This document shows positions 52,301 to 64,000 of a stretch of 64,000 bases of DNA, piece by piece. How positions within the stretch are numbered: the stretch's first letter is position 1; every line of letters begins with the position of its first letter. The notes beneath the pieces were generated by a model, which did not search any database, was not told the DNA's origin, and saw only the letters and a list, made by a program, of their open reading frames with translations. This DNA comes from Octopus vulgaris (taxonomy: Eukaryota). Location of the stretch: assembly GCA_951406725.2 (NCBI GenBank), contig OX597815.1, positions 114,080,001-114,144,000 of the forward strand, written 5' to 3'. The position numbers and the translations under genes are program-made.

Positions 52301-55300
52301 TTTCACCAAACAGCGGGATGCATGGTTGCTCTTAGAAACAAAGACCCTCCCTAATGAAGAATGTACCTCCCCATAGCATAGACACAGCATAACTCAAGCT
52401 AAAATTCGGAACCACTTCCAATGTACAGTTGAGTAAAAGTAGAGATCTTTAATTTAGTTTAGAAAAATATATTTTCAAATATCAAAAACCACAACAATCC
52501 TACACTTAATAACAGAAAAAATGGATGTAAAACATAGCCAATATTCAATGGTGTCATATAGATATTGGTTGGATAAACTGAAGGAGTCTCTATGTGATTA
52601 CTCAACCTGCTAAAACAACAGTCAAATCCTCCTAAAATCTTAAAAGTGGAAGGACACATTGGATAATGTGGACCTAGATGAACTGTGCCTGAAAACAAAA
52701 TAGATGAGATTGTCATATTGAAATGTTTTTTATCATAAGACTCTTGGATCAGATCTGTCTTGGAGCTCACCAACAAGTAATAAATCTCAAGCCTACAAGG
52801 GTACTTCCACATAGTCACTTAACCTACTAAACAAAGCAATATATATCACTGTTTCATGGATCTAATCAAGCAAAGCTAACCAGAGTGACTTAGCAACAAC
52901 TAATATTCTATTCTTGGAATCTTATAATAATTCTGCTTGCTCCTCTGTTATGCAGCCCATCCATAACACTTCCGTGTGATTAGTTGAAGGGGAGGGGAGG
53001 CAGTGGTGAGTGTAATGTGTAATTTTTATTTTTGAACTGTTTTTCTCCTCTGTTTACTTAGCCGCCTGTAATGCTTTCATGTAGTTAGTTGACATGAAAG
53101 GCGAAAAGCGAAAAAAAGGGAGAGAGAAAAAGAGGGTAAGGCAAAGAGGGAGAGTGCTGTGTATTAAGTCTATAAAATTGTGCATAAAATATATAAAGTG
53201 TACATATAAAGTGCATTAAGTAATCATATTCCAATTTCTCTCACTTTTCAATGATTAGCAGGTGAGCAACTATCTTTTGATACAGACACAACACAGGCTA
53301 CACTTTCAGATTTTTGGATAAAGTTTTCAGAAATAACCCAGTAAGTTTACCATTAATTCCATGAAACATTCACAGGTACTGCTAGTTGTTATTATACTTA
53401 TTACAGTACGATATTTAATTTGAAAAGCAGAATTTATATTCAGTAATATCTCTAAATGCAGATTCCCTTGGGCATACCATTCAATAATCATTTAATGAAA
53501 TTGACTTCCCATCCACAGCAGTAGATTTAGTGTCAGGTTAAACAGAGAAAGGGAAATTGTAGACTAAATAGAGGAATAAAGTGTTCAAATTTGTAAAAAT
53601 AATTCAATAAAAATCTTGTAAAAATTAGCCACAAGAATTATGAGATTCATGGTACACTAGTCAGTCTTTTGTTGTTACTGACAATGTGTTGTGCTAATAG
53701 TGAAGAGACTTATGATCACACACAGTTGATAAACATAACAGAACCAGAGTAGAATGACATGACACTGTAATTACCAGTAGCATTGCAAAATTAACCAGTG
53801 TTAGCTTGGAATGCTGAGCTTTACTTATCTTATGAAAAAGTTAACTGCAATAGACTGGCATCTTATGCAGGGAATGATTTGTCTCATATTTTCTTAAAAT
53901 TACATAGAAAACAGAGTTAAGTCTCAGTTTGAACTGTAAAAGAATCAATTTTCTGTTTTCTGAATTAGAATAATCTTTTTTGGCTTTTTAATTTTATTCA
54001 TTGTCTTCTAATCTGACTTACCTTTGATTTCAGCTTCGATTTTATTTTCCCTTTGCCACCTTTCTTGAGCCCAATTTTCATTTTAAGCTGTGAAAGGTCA
54101 GTATCTTGCATTGACATATTACTGGAATCTGTAGGCATAAATGGAGTTGAAGGAAGCATTCCCATGGCTGCATTTGCTGCACTTGTTGCAGCTGTTGAAA
54201 GCAGAGTGAGTGAATCCATAACTATAGGTGACATCTGCTTAGGAGAAGGTGATACACTAAGGGAAGAGGTACCTTGAGTTGGTGATGAACAGCAACGTGA
54301 CATAGGTGGACTGCCATCAAAATCATAGATTTTCCAAGCTTCTGAAGCATATCTATCAGGACAAGCAAGCGGAGTCCTGTCAGGACCAGGTGAGTTCTGG
54401 TGTTGGACATTTTGTTGCATTTTCTCCTTGAGTTTATCAGGCACTTCAGCATTTTCTTTGTCATTTAGTTCATCAATAGTTTTTGCTTTCAATTTCTTTA
54501 CTTTTTCCTTTGTCACATTTTTCTTCTTCTTTTGTGGCTTTTTGTCACCTTTCTTAATTGGTTCTAGACTTTCAGATTTAACACAAGGTTTAGAAACAGC
54601 AGTTGAATTAAGAGCCGCTGAAGATGCTGTGGCTGCTGCAGCTGCAGACACAACAGCAGCAGTCGCAGCAGCAACCAATGCATCTGCGTCTGTCTTGGGT
54701 ATTGCATCAAGCTCCCTCTGTTTTCTCTCTCGGGTGGCTGCAGCACTATAGTTGCGCACCACTGTGTTGATGCAAGCATCAATACTTTCTGATGTACTTC
54801 TTTTGACTGGTTCCTTCTTTTTCTTTTGTGCTGCTGTTTTCTTTTCTTTAGGCCCAGTGCTTGTTGTACCAGCTTTACCTTTGTCCTGAGCTGATTGTTC
54901 TCCTTTCTTACCACCACCTTGAATACTATCATACTTGGCAGATTTTCCCCACTTTGAATCACCTTTTTCTTTGGGTTTTGGATCTGACTCGGCAATAATA
55001 AGACGTGGCTCTGGTGATTCATCTGTTGAACTATCATCATCTTGAAGTGAATGTAAGCTCTTAGACATTGCCATTGCATTGGCAGGCATTAATAAATTAC
55101 TTGGTACTTTAACAGGAGTACCACCAGCCTTAATAGAAGGGGATGAAGAATAAGGAAGCTTCTTATCACCTTTTGTTGTCTTACTCTTTTCTGCTTTTGG
55201 ATGAAGCAAAAGCTCTTTCAAGCAACTTCCTGGACTTCCAGGAGGTGGCCCATCAGTTTTAGATGAGTTTTTATTAGATACATTCTTTGCTGAGCTTTTA

Positions 55301-58300
55301 TTAGATGCATTCTTCACAGAGTTTTTATTTATTACTTTTCCTTTTAATGATTTGGCTGCTACCGCAGTTCTATTAGCTGATTTCTTTGTTATTTTAGTGA
55401 TTTTTCCTTTAGCAATTGAATTTTTTTTCACTGCTTTATTTGGAGGAAGATTAGAACTATTTTTACTGATAGATTTCACAGGTGTTTTTGTAGGATTGAC
55501 TTTTCCCGGATCCTTTTGATTACTGTTGGTCTTTTTCACTGTGATGTTTTCTTTATCTTCTAATTTTGAACCATCACCTGTCACTCCAGCCACAATTTTC
55601 TTTGGAATTTCTTTAACAACAGGTTCTTTCTTTTTCTCAACAGGTGTAAAAATCTGTGGAAGAGAAGCATCAGGAAGCTTTCCTTCATTCTTCATAGGGG
55701 ATAATAAACCAGAAGGCAACATCTTCACACCAGTCATTTCATACTGCGAATGTCCAGCTTCTTCAGGCAAATTATTATTGGTCAACCTATAAAGAAAAAA
55801 TAATTTCAAATATATTCTCAACTCCACTGGTAAGTAAATGCATTCAGAATCTTTACTCAATGAAAAATATTTATACAACTTTAAAACACACACATACATC
55901 ATCATAATCATTTGGTATCTGTTTTCCATGCTGGCATGGGTTAGATGGTTTGACTGGAACTGGTAAGCCAGAGAGCTGCACCAAGTTCTACTCTGGTCTG
56001 GTATGGTTTCTATGGCTGGATGCCCTTCCTAATATGAACCGCTCCAAGAATGTAAGGGGTGTTTTTCTCATGCCAGTTACATGACATTGGTATTGGCCAC
56101 AACTACAATTTCACTTGGCTTGACAAGTCTTCTTAAGCATGGCATATTGCCAAAGGTTTTGGTCACTTGTCATTACCTCTGTGAGCTCAATGTTTAAAGA
56201 TCATGCTTCACCACTTTGTTCCATGTTTACCTGGGTCTACTTCTTCCACAGGTTCCTTCCACAATTACAGACTGACACTTCTCTACACAGCTGTCCTCGT
56301 TCATATGTATCACATGGCCATACCAGCACAGTTGTCTTTCTTGCACACCACATCTGATGCCTCTTATGCCCAGTTTTTCTCTCAAAACGCTTACATTCTG
56401 TTATACATGCACACTGACATTGCACATCCAGCAAATCATGTTTGCTTTATTTCTTCCAAGTCTACGCATGTCCTCAGCAGTCACAGCCATGTAGCATGGT
56501 TGTTCACACACAGGCATCATACAATCTTTCTTCTACTCTGAAGGAGAGGCTCTTAGTTACCAACAGAGGCAGGAACTCTCTGAACTTTGCCCAGCCTATT
56601 CTTATTCTAGCAGCTACAGTCTCGGAGTATTGATCTCCACTGCTGACTTGGTCACCTAGATAACAGAAGCTATCAACTACTTCTAGGTATCCCATCTGGT
56701 ATTTGATGGAGTTTATTTTCTGTATATTTCCAGTGTTAATTGTACCTGTGCATCTGTTATTTTCCTTGTTAACCTTCCTCTGATATTGCTGCACCTCTTA
56801 TGTGTCCATCTTATAGAATTTCTACCTATGCCTTTTCTGCATATTGAGAAGGAATTTGTGATTTGTCTGCTTTCCCACTCACTAAAGGCTTTGGTTTTTT
56901 GCTAAATTAACTTCTAGACTTTGCTTCCACACCTGAAATTTCTTCTCTAGTTCTGGTAGTGATTCAGCATAGAGGAGCTCCCAAGAACAGCCTGACTTAA
57001 ATTCCTTTGTCATTGCTTGGAGGACTATGATGGACAAGGCGGAGCTAAGGACTGACCCTTGGTGAACCCCTGCTTGTACTCTGAATTCATTGCTATATCC
57101 GTTGCCAACCTTCACCTTACTGATAGCATTCCTGTACATGGCTTGTACAGCTCTCATCTATCCCTACTTTCCACACTGACCATCAGATAAGGGAGCAGGA
57201 GACCTTGTTGAAGGTTTTCTCCATGTCAACAAAAGCCAAGTACAGGGGTTTATTTTGGGCTTGGTACTTCTCCTGTAACTTCCTTACTAGAAATATAGCA
57301 TCAATGGTGCTTCTCCTTGGCACAAAACCAAATTGCATGTCATCTAGACTATACTCTCTTCCTAATTAGTTGGGCTATGACCCTCTCCATAACTTTCACT
57401 GCCTGATCCAACAATTTGATACCTCTGTAATTATTTTTGTCTAAGGCATCACCTTTACCTTTGTAGCTGCTACACCAGTCATGGGGTATAACTCCATTGT
57501 GAATAACTTGATTAACTATACAGGTGACTAGATCATAACTCACACTGCCAGATATTTTAAGCATCTCAACAGTGATTCCTGATGGACCAGGGGCTTTCTT
57601 GGTTTTCATATCCTTCATGGCTTTATCTACTATGCTACTGCTTATTCAAATTGTTGGTTCCTCTGTTGGATCCACAGTAGGCAGATTCTTCTTCTCCCAT
57701 TGGCAGTTTTGAGTATGTTACACTACTAATCACTTTTGCCATATGTACAGCTGACACAAAGTGGCAATTTAAAAAAAAAACTTGATACACAGATATTCTT
57801 GGATGAATGTAGGTGGAAATAATAGTCGTTTTTATGAAAACTAACATAAATTTCAGTAAACAATACCAAAAATGCTTATTCAATTGAGTTTAGAATTTAA
57901 AATGCCCCAAACATCTTAGTGAAAGAAATATTTGTAACTTTTCCTTACCTTTGTCTTTTATATACTTGTCCATCTGTTGGACTATTAAGGAGCCTTTTCT
58001 CACCAGTTCTTAAGTTTGGACTTGTCTCAGAAAGGCTTTCACTAGTTTTTGCTTCTTGAGAGTTGGGAAGCGATACTGGAGTTGTGTTTCCAGCCTGAGC
58101 TGCTGGAGTTTCTGATGGAGGAGGAGATACTTCCTCTTCAGCCTCAACTTCATCTGAAAGATAGAAATGCTATTGTATCAAAAAATAGAAGTATTACATT
58201 AAATCAGATTGTTTATTTACTGTTGTAGATGCATTTATAATACATGAAGAACAAATATCTTTTTAAAATTATTTTAAAGCTAAACATCATTAGAAATAGA

Positions 58301-59134
58301 AATACATGTAGAAGCACCATCATATAAGACAGATGGATAATAACCATTCTATAGACAACCAATGCCAGCCTACCAAGACAGATGCAAAGTTGATGATGAT
58401 GAAGGCAAGACTCTAATGCCATTGTGTTCTGCACTACCAATCCAACTACTACAAACAGCATATAGCGGAAATTCCCTTCAATTCTCAACAGGTCCATAGT
58501 TTTCTTTGCAATTTAAAATTGTGAATGGATAAAATTCCTGCTGCTACAAGAGGTGTATATCAAAGGAAACCTTGATTCCAAAACATACACATCACTTTCA
58601 TTTGAACAAACAGTTTTACGTAAAAATCTGTCCGGTTATAAAAACATGAGGTCTAGTGGTTAGAGTACTGGGCCCACAATTATAAGGTTGTGGGTTCAAC
58701 TCCTGCATGGTCAACAGCAGAAAAGGCATCAACTTATAAAGAAACACATGCCTTAACAATTTTCAATAATTCAAATTTTAAATCATTCCAAAAATGCTGG
58801 TATGTAAAACTGAATGTAAAACTTGTAAAAGAGATATTTAAAAAGAATCTAAATAAGAGAATAGCAAATAACTTTATAAAAAGTCTCTTACCTTCCATAC
58901 CAGGAAACATATAAGGCAAGTAATGAGGAATATGTTCTTCTCGATGGTAAATCTCACGGCTCTTTGGGTTAGGAAATCCTAACTTGGTTTTTTTGGGCTT
59001 TGGAAACACCACTAATTCTTTCTCAAATGGAAAAGCATCAACATGTTTGATGTAGTCTTCTAATTCACTTATACTAATGTCCATCGTACGGAAGGCCAAA
59101 CCTAAATCATTCAAATTCACTTTTGTGCGTCCAT
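41276..59134 (-). CDS. TAF3: Transcription initiation factor TFIID subunit 3 (histone-fold/BTP domain plus C-terminal PHD finger); first exon not found in the window
   Basis: Exons 59134-58892, 58153-57949, 55786-54022, 51990-51868, 49819-49587, 47135-45662, 43420-43320 and 41390-41276 are phase-compatible and GT-AG. N-terminal part reads GRTKVNLNDLGLAF...ELEDYI...IPHYLP. PHD reads DENGQKVWICPGCALPDDGSPMIGCDDCDEWYHWPCV...WFCPKC, very close to vertebrate TAF3 as I recall it. Confidence 0.95.
43320..43420 (-). CDS. TAF3: TAF3 PHD finger exon 1 (101 bp)
   Basis: ttttag|GAT GAA AAT ... CAT TG|gtaagt; WICPGC...GCDDCDEWYHW. Confidence 0.95.
45662..47135 (-). CDS. TAF3: TAF3 large exon (1474 bp), P/K/T-rich
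   Basis: Within ORF 45545..47164; tttcag|G GTT ATC ... ETVGTFF|gtaagt. Confidence 0.9.
49587..49819 (-). CDS. TAF3: TAF3 exon (233 bp)
   Basis: ttgtag|TGT ACT GTT ... VPRLKLNIKLG ... AGG CT|gttagt. Confidence 0.83.
51868..51990 (-). CDS. TAF3: TAF3 exon (123 bp), KE/KD-rich
   Basis: ttctag|ATA AAA GAA CAC AAG ... TAT CAG|gtaagt; IKEHKKEKKDKKKDKEKKKK... Confidence 0.88.
54022..55786 (-). CDS. TAF3: TAF3 large exon (1765 bp), K/S/A-rich disordered region
   Basis: Within ORF 53998..55929; ttatag|G TTG ACC ... TCA AAG|gtaagt. Confidence 0.9.
55897..57632 (-). mobile_element. 5'-truncated decayed RTE LINE (RT plus 3' UTR) in TAF3 intron
   Basis: KKAPGPSG, NYRGIKLLD, GVHQGSVLS, WELLYA, FCYLGD and RIGWAKFRE motifs; (CAT)n tail at about 55897. 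Confidence 0.9.
57949..58153 (-). CDS. TAF3: TAF3 exon (205 bp)
   Basis: tttcag|AT GAA GTT GAG ... CAA AG|gtaagg; DEVEAEEEVSPPPSETP...VYKRQR. Confidence 0.85.
58892..59134 (-). CDS. TAF3: TAF3 exon (243 bp), histone-fold C-terminal part
   Basis: tttcag|AT GGA CGC ACA ... ATG GAA G|gtaaga. Confidence 0.93.
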
Positions 59135-59679
59135 CTGAAATATTAATATTTAGAAATCCATCAATCAGTTCTTAATACACACGCCTGCCTGCCCGCGTGC
59201 GCATGCACATACACACAAATAGCTTCGCTATAATCATTGCTTTTCATGCTAGCATAGGTCAAAAAGAATTCACTGAAGAAGATTTTCTATGGCTGGATCC
59301 CCTTCCTGTTGCCAAGCTTCACCTGTTTCCAAGCAAGGTAATATTTTGCCATAACCAGAAGACTGGACGTGAACAACACTGCTTGTATGACAGTGGTGCT
59401 CCTTTACAACCATCAGACTATTTCAAGACAAAGAGATACAAACGCACACATATACATACATATATGCACACATATATATATATAAAAGAAAAAAAGGAGT
59501 TTATAAAATCCTGGCAGATATAAACTAAGCACTCAGTATAAAAGAATAAGGTTAAATTTCCAAGAAGATACCAATAAATGTATGTAGAATGCAAATCCCA
59601 CATAAATCCTCATGTATGACAGATTCAACAATATTTATGCAGAATATAAAAAAATTCAGAGTATTAACAACTATGAATA

Positions 59680-60510
59680 ACATGTACAAAGAAAATCATA
59701 TCTTTATTTTAGATCACACCTTAAGAATCCAACAATTGTTTCAATTGCACTAACATATATATATATATATATATATATCATACACATACATACATATATA
59801 CATACATACATAATATTATTAAAATTCATAGTAATATGTATGAAAATTTATGTCAACACAACATTATCAAGGTAATCCAAATTGGTAAAACTCTAACTGA
59901 ACATCAGAAAAAATTTTAGCTGTTAAAAACCACCAAATCAAATTTAACTTTAGACATTCATTCATTCAGCAACCAAGAACAAAGTCATTGAATAACTCAT
60001 TTAGTTTATAAAAATAAGATATAAAAACTACCATACTAATTCCATATTTTTTTGACAATTTGAAATCTACATAAAAAAATATCTTAACATAGAAAATGAG
60101 TATATTTATCTACTAGAATTGATGATGTCACTGGATATCTAAAGAACAAAAACTGCAGACAAGAATTCTACGTTATGCTTAATAGATAACTAAAGAAAAA
60201 ACTACAGAAAATAATTCTACATAATGAATGTCTATAACTAATGAATGTCTTAAGTTAAATTTGGTTTGTTTATTTTTGTTAGTGTTTTTTAACAGCTAAA
60301 ATTTTTTCAGATCTTCAGTTAGAATTTCACCAATTTGGATTACCTTGATAATGTTGTATTGACATAGATTTTTTAAACATATTATTAATTCAAAGGTGGA
60401 CATTAAACAATGATGATAATGATGATGTATATATATGTTAATGCAATTGAAGCAATTGTTAGATTCTTAAGGTGTGATTTAAAATAAAGATATGATTTTC
60501 TTCATACATA
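59680..60510. repeat. Inverted duplication, ~280-bp arms with ~275-bp spacer
   Basis: aagaaaatcatatctttatttt...cattatcaaggtaatccaaattggt...tagacattcat pairs with atgaatgtct...accaatttggattaccttgataatg...aaaataaagatatgattttctt. Confidence 0.82.
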
Positions 60511-63500
60511 TTATTGATTGTTATATATATAACTGAATATAATATATGTCATAATGATATTTATTCTCTGATTTGAAGTGACAATTTTTAAATATAAACA
60601 ACTGACCGAACTCTGTAACTTGTTTATAAAAATATTATTTATGTAGTATATATATATATATACATACACACATTTGATGAGCTTCTTTCACTTTCTATCT
60701 AGCACATTCATTCACAAGGCTTTGGTTGGTTCAGGGTTATAGTAGAAAAGAATTACTCAAGATGCCATGCAGTGGGATTGAACCTGAAACCATGTTGTCA
60801 GGAAGCAAACACAGTCATGTCTGCATGTATACAGGATTTTCCCCCTCGTAGTTGACATTTTCAACCTCAGCCTTGTCAACACCTCACTAATAATTGTTTG
60901 CCTCAGTTTCATTATCATCAGGCTCACTAACAATGTCATCAACTTAAATATCATCATAGCAGGATAGGACAAATCTTTTTAATGAACACACACTAACATC
61001 AGTGATTACTCGTCACAGGGTTGTAAAATAATGTAAACATTAAGTTTTCTAAAGGATTACAAGATTTAAATAATAAAAATCGTTGCATCACTGTAAATAT
61101 AAATAGATTTTGTACAGTAGATGTAAAACTACATATTATACAGCATACATATGCAACACAACAAAGGCAAAAATAAATAGCAGCAGTTTAACCTATTATT
61201 CATTATTTCCATCTCTTAACTCTTAACATATTTAAAAAATTTTCACAACAATCATCTTTGGTAATCAAAGTCAGGCTGGTGTCAATCAATATATTATATA
61301 TTAATCAACATCAGGCTGGTTTTAATATTGAAGTCTTGAGCATCATCAATGAAGGAATCCCTATGAAGCTCTTAAATAGATAGACATAAGTGTTTGTATT
61401 ACCCAGGATGTAAGTATACATATATAAAAACTACTATTTTGAATTGCATTATATCACAATATTACATATTAAATTGTTTTATCATAAAGTGTTTTAAATT
61501 TTATTAATTTTCATTTATTATAAAATTATGGCCCCAGTTTGAGTTGAAATTTGAATTTGAAAAAAGAAAGGATAGTCATGGTTGGAATACTTTCATTCTT
61601 AAAAAAATACATTTTAAATTGATAAATAATTTCTGATTCTTTGTTCAGCTGAAATAGCACACATGTGCACAGAATAAAATGAATCGGATTAACTTTTAAG
61701 CTAGCTCCTTGGAGGGCTCTTCATTAGGCCTTGGGACCAACAATGACACTTCATGCATTGAGTACATATCAAATTTTATTAAACTTGAACAATATTTTTC
61801 AAGCAATGAATAATTTTCATCAAAACAATGATATAATTTGTCAACTTGGAACTTATTGCAAAGCCGCATGACAAACAACAGTACCACCACATCTGCCATA
61901 CACACACCATTCAGACTTCTGATGCCATCATTATCAATACCTTTGACTTTGTCACCTTCCCCTCCACCACCACCATTACCACTGTCTTTCACATCGCTTA
62001 CTCCCACTGTCATCCCTGAATGCCTCGGCTACCACCACCACCTCCGCCTCTATCACAACCACAGCTTATATTATTTCTATCACCCCATTACCATCAGTGT
62101 TCAGTATGTTTGTTCGGTATGTTATTTCAGTATGCAGGTTGAGTGTACAGTCCCTTTCTCTCTCACATACCCACTTGTTCTCATTATTACCCCCACTGCT
62201 ACCATCAACACTACTACTTTTAATAAAACATCATCAACTCTCCCTAAATTTTTTGTCTCTCTTTCTCTCCCTCCCTTTTTCTTTCTGTCTTCGCCACCAC
62301 CCTCACCATCTCTATGCCTACTATTACTCTCACCCCAGCATGAGCAATAGTAGAAATGTCATTGAATAGTGAGAGAAGGGGTCAAAGTGTGATACACTGA
62401 CACACAGAAAGTAGTTTTCGCATTTATTACATTAGATATATATATATATATATATTATACATACATATATCATCATCATTTTTTAACGTCTGCTTTCCAT
62501 GCTGTCATGGGTTGGATGGTTTGACAGGAGCTGACCAGACACCAATTGTTTCTTATAGCATGGTTTCTATAGCTGGATGCCCTTCCTAATGCCAACCACT
62601 TTATAGAGTGTGCTAGGTGCTCTTTCCATGCCACTGGCACGAGTGCATTTAGGCAGCACCGGCACAAGTGCATTTTATGTTGTACCGGTACTAGCACCTG
62701 TAAAGGACAAGCCTGTATACATACATAAATGTATATCCTCATTGGTTTAATTCTCATTTTTCTATGCCTGCATGAGTCAAACAGAATTTTGTGGAGGTGG
62801 ATTTTTTTACAACCACATGCTCTTCCTGTTGCCAACCCTTACCTGTCTCCTGGGAAGGTAACATTTCTCCTTAACCGGACATGTTTTTAGAAAAGTTTGG
62901 AAACAAAGGACACTGCTTGCATGATGGTGTCACTCATTTAGAAATACTGTATGATGTCAAGACAAGGAGAGAGTATCATGCACACATACACGCACACACA
63001 CACACATCTACCAAATTGACTGGAAGGCTTTGGTAGACCCAAGGTTATAGTTAAAGACACTTGCCCAAGGTTCCACATAGTGGCACTGAACCTGAAACCC
63101 TGTGGTTCAGACTTCTAATAGTTACATTGTGCTTCAATCAATATTCTGCATTGTATGTCTGACTTTATAAGACTATTATCTCAAAAATATTTTTCTTAAG
63201 CAAAAATCTTTGGTTGACAGGGGCTTAGTTTTATTTTGATGTATTGAAATATTTGTTGTGACAAAATTACTTCAGCATCTTTTTAATAGCATAATGGCCA
63301 AGAATTGAAAAAAAGATTGCTGGATAGAAAAATTCTTTGTATTGATGTTTATTATAATGGGGTTTCACCAGTCTATCATTGAATTCCAATATATTACTTT
63401 TGAAAATATTAATTGTGGCTATTTCTATGCTATTGAGTTCAGGTTTGGGTTACTAACAATATTTAAAACTTGAATCTTTGTTATATTCTTTAGGCTCACT

Positions 63501-63854
63501 TAATTCATGGCCTTCTGTTCAACTCCAGCAATTCTTGAATTAAATTTCATGCAGCACTCTTAAAAATAAACATGTCTTGCTCTCCTTTCACCTTATAAAC
63601 ATCCACATCGTGTTCAGAAACTTCTCAACATATTCCAGAGATAGTTTCTAACCAATTATTATAAGCAATAATTCAATCAAAAACTATTACAGAGAAAAAC
63701 TGCAATAAATGTGCATCACATTTTATTATAAATGTTGGTTCTTTGTCCACCAGCTTCTGTTAAGCAGACTAATGAATAAAAGTATTCAAGCCCTGATCAT
63801 TTCATCTTTGTTTAAAGCATATATGTCTAATACTATATTATCGTAAATCTTTGG

Positions 63855-64000
63855 AGTTTGGGCCTCACGGAGGCAATGACCAAGACCTCTGGCATTATGT
63901 CGTGCTTGAGAAGAAGACCCATCAAGCTGAGCAAAATTGCCGTCCTGGCAGATACTGGTGTCTTGCCAGTGGCACATAAAAGTACCCATTACACTCTCGG
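63855..64000 (+). mobile_element. RTE 3' fragment running off the window
   Basis: gggcctcacggaggcaatgaccaagacctctgg...gtggcacataaaag matches the RTE ORF end and UTR. Confidence 0.7.

Noticed and set aside
61696-62369. ORFs of 90-170 aa upstream of the TAF3 243-bp exon, considered as TAF3 exon 1
   Set aside because: Low-complexity CCA/CT-rich DNA with no similarity to the expected histone-fold N-terminus (VAQIC..GW).

Overview
AT-rich, microsatellite- and retroposon-dense animal genomic DNA. The repeat content (RTE-type LINE with (GAT)n tail, Nin-, CORE- and Meta-domain tRNA SINEs, long (TA)n/(CA)n tracts) suggests an octopod cephalopod; this is an inference. Four spliced genes were reconstructed by hand with consistent GT-AG junctions and reading frames: the last 5 coding exons of BCKDHB (+, 979-8464), a 2-coding-exon PLCXD-family PI-PLC X-domain gene (-, 18741-11871), TIMMDC1 (+, 20828-35902, head-to-head with PLCXD) and 8 exons of TAF3 (-, 59134-41276; first exon not found in the window). 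Introns hold decayed RTE, CRE, CR1-like and Penelope-like retroelements, a full-length DD37D (maT) transposon relic, a mariner MITE and a Helentron-type non-autonomous element. The most unusual object is a 1.24-kb element in the PLCXD intron (13440-14680): a single LTR, then a tRNA-Trp primer-binding site, then an inverted copy of the first ~208 bp of the same LTR. It looks like a folded-back plus-strand strong-stop DNA that integrated as a TIR-bearing element. Several other sequence-unrelated fold-back duplications and palindromes lie in introns. Most ORFs in the supplied track are microsatellite or repeat noise.
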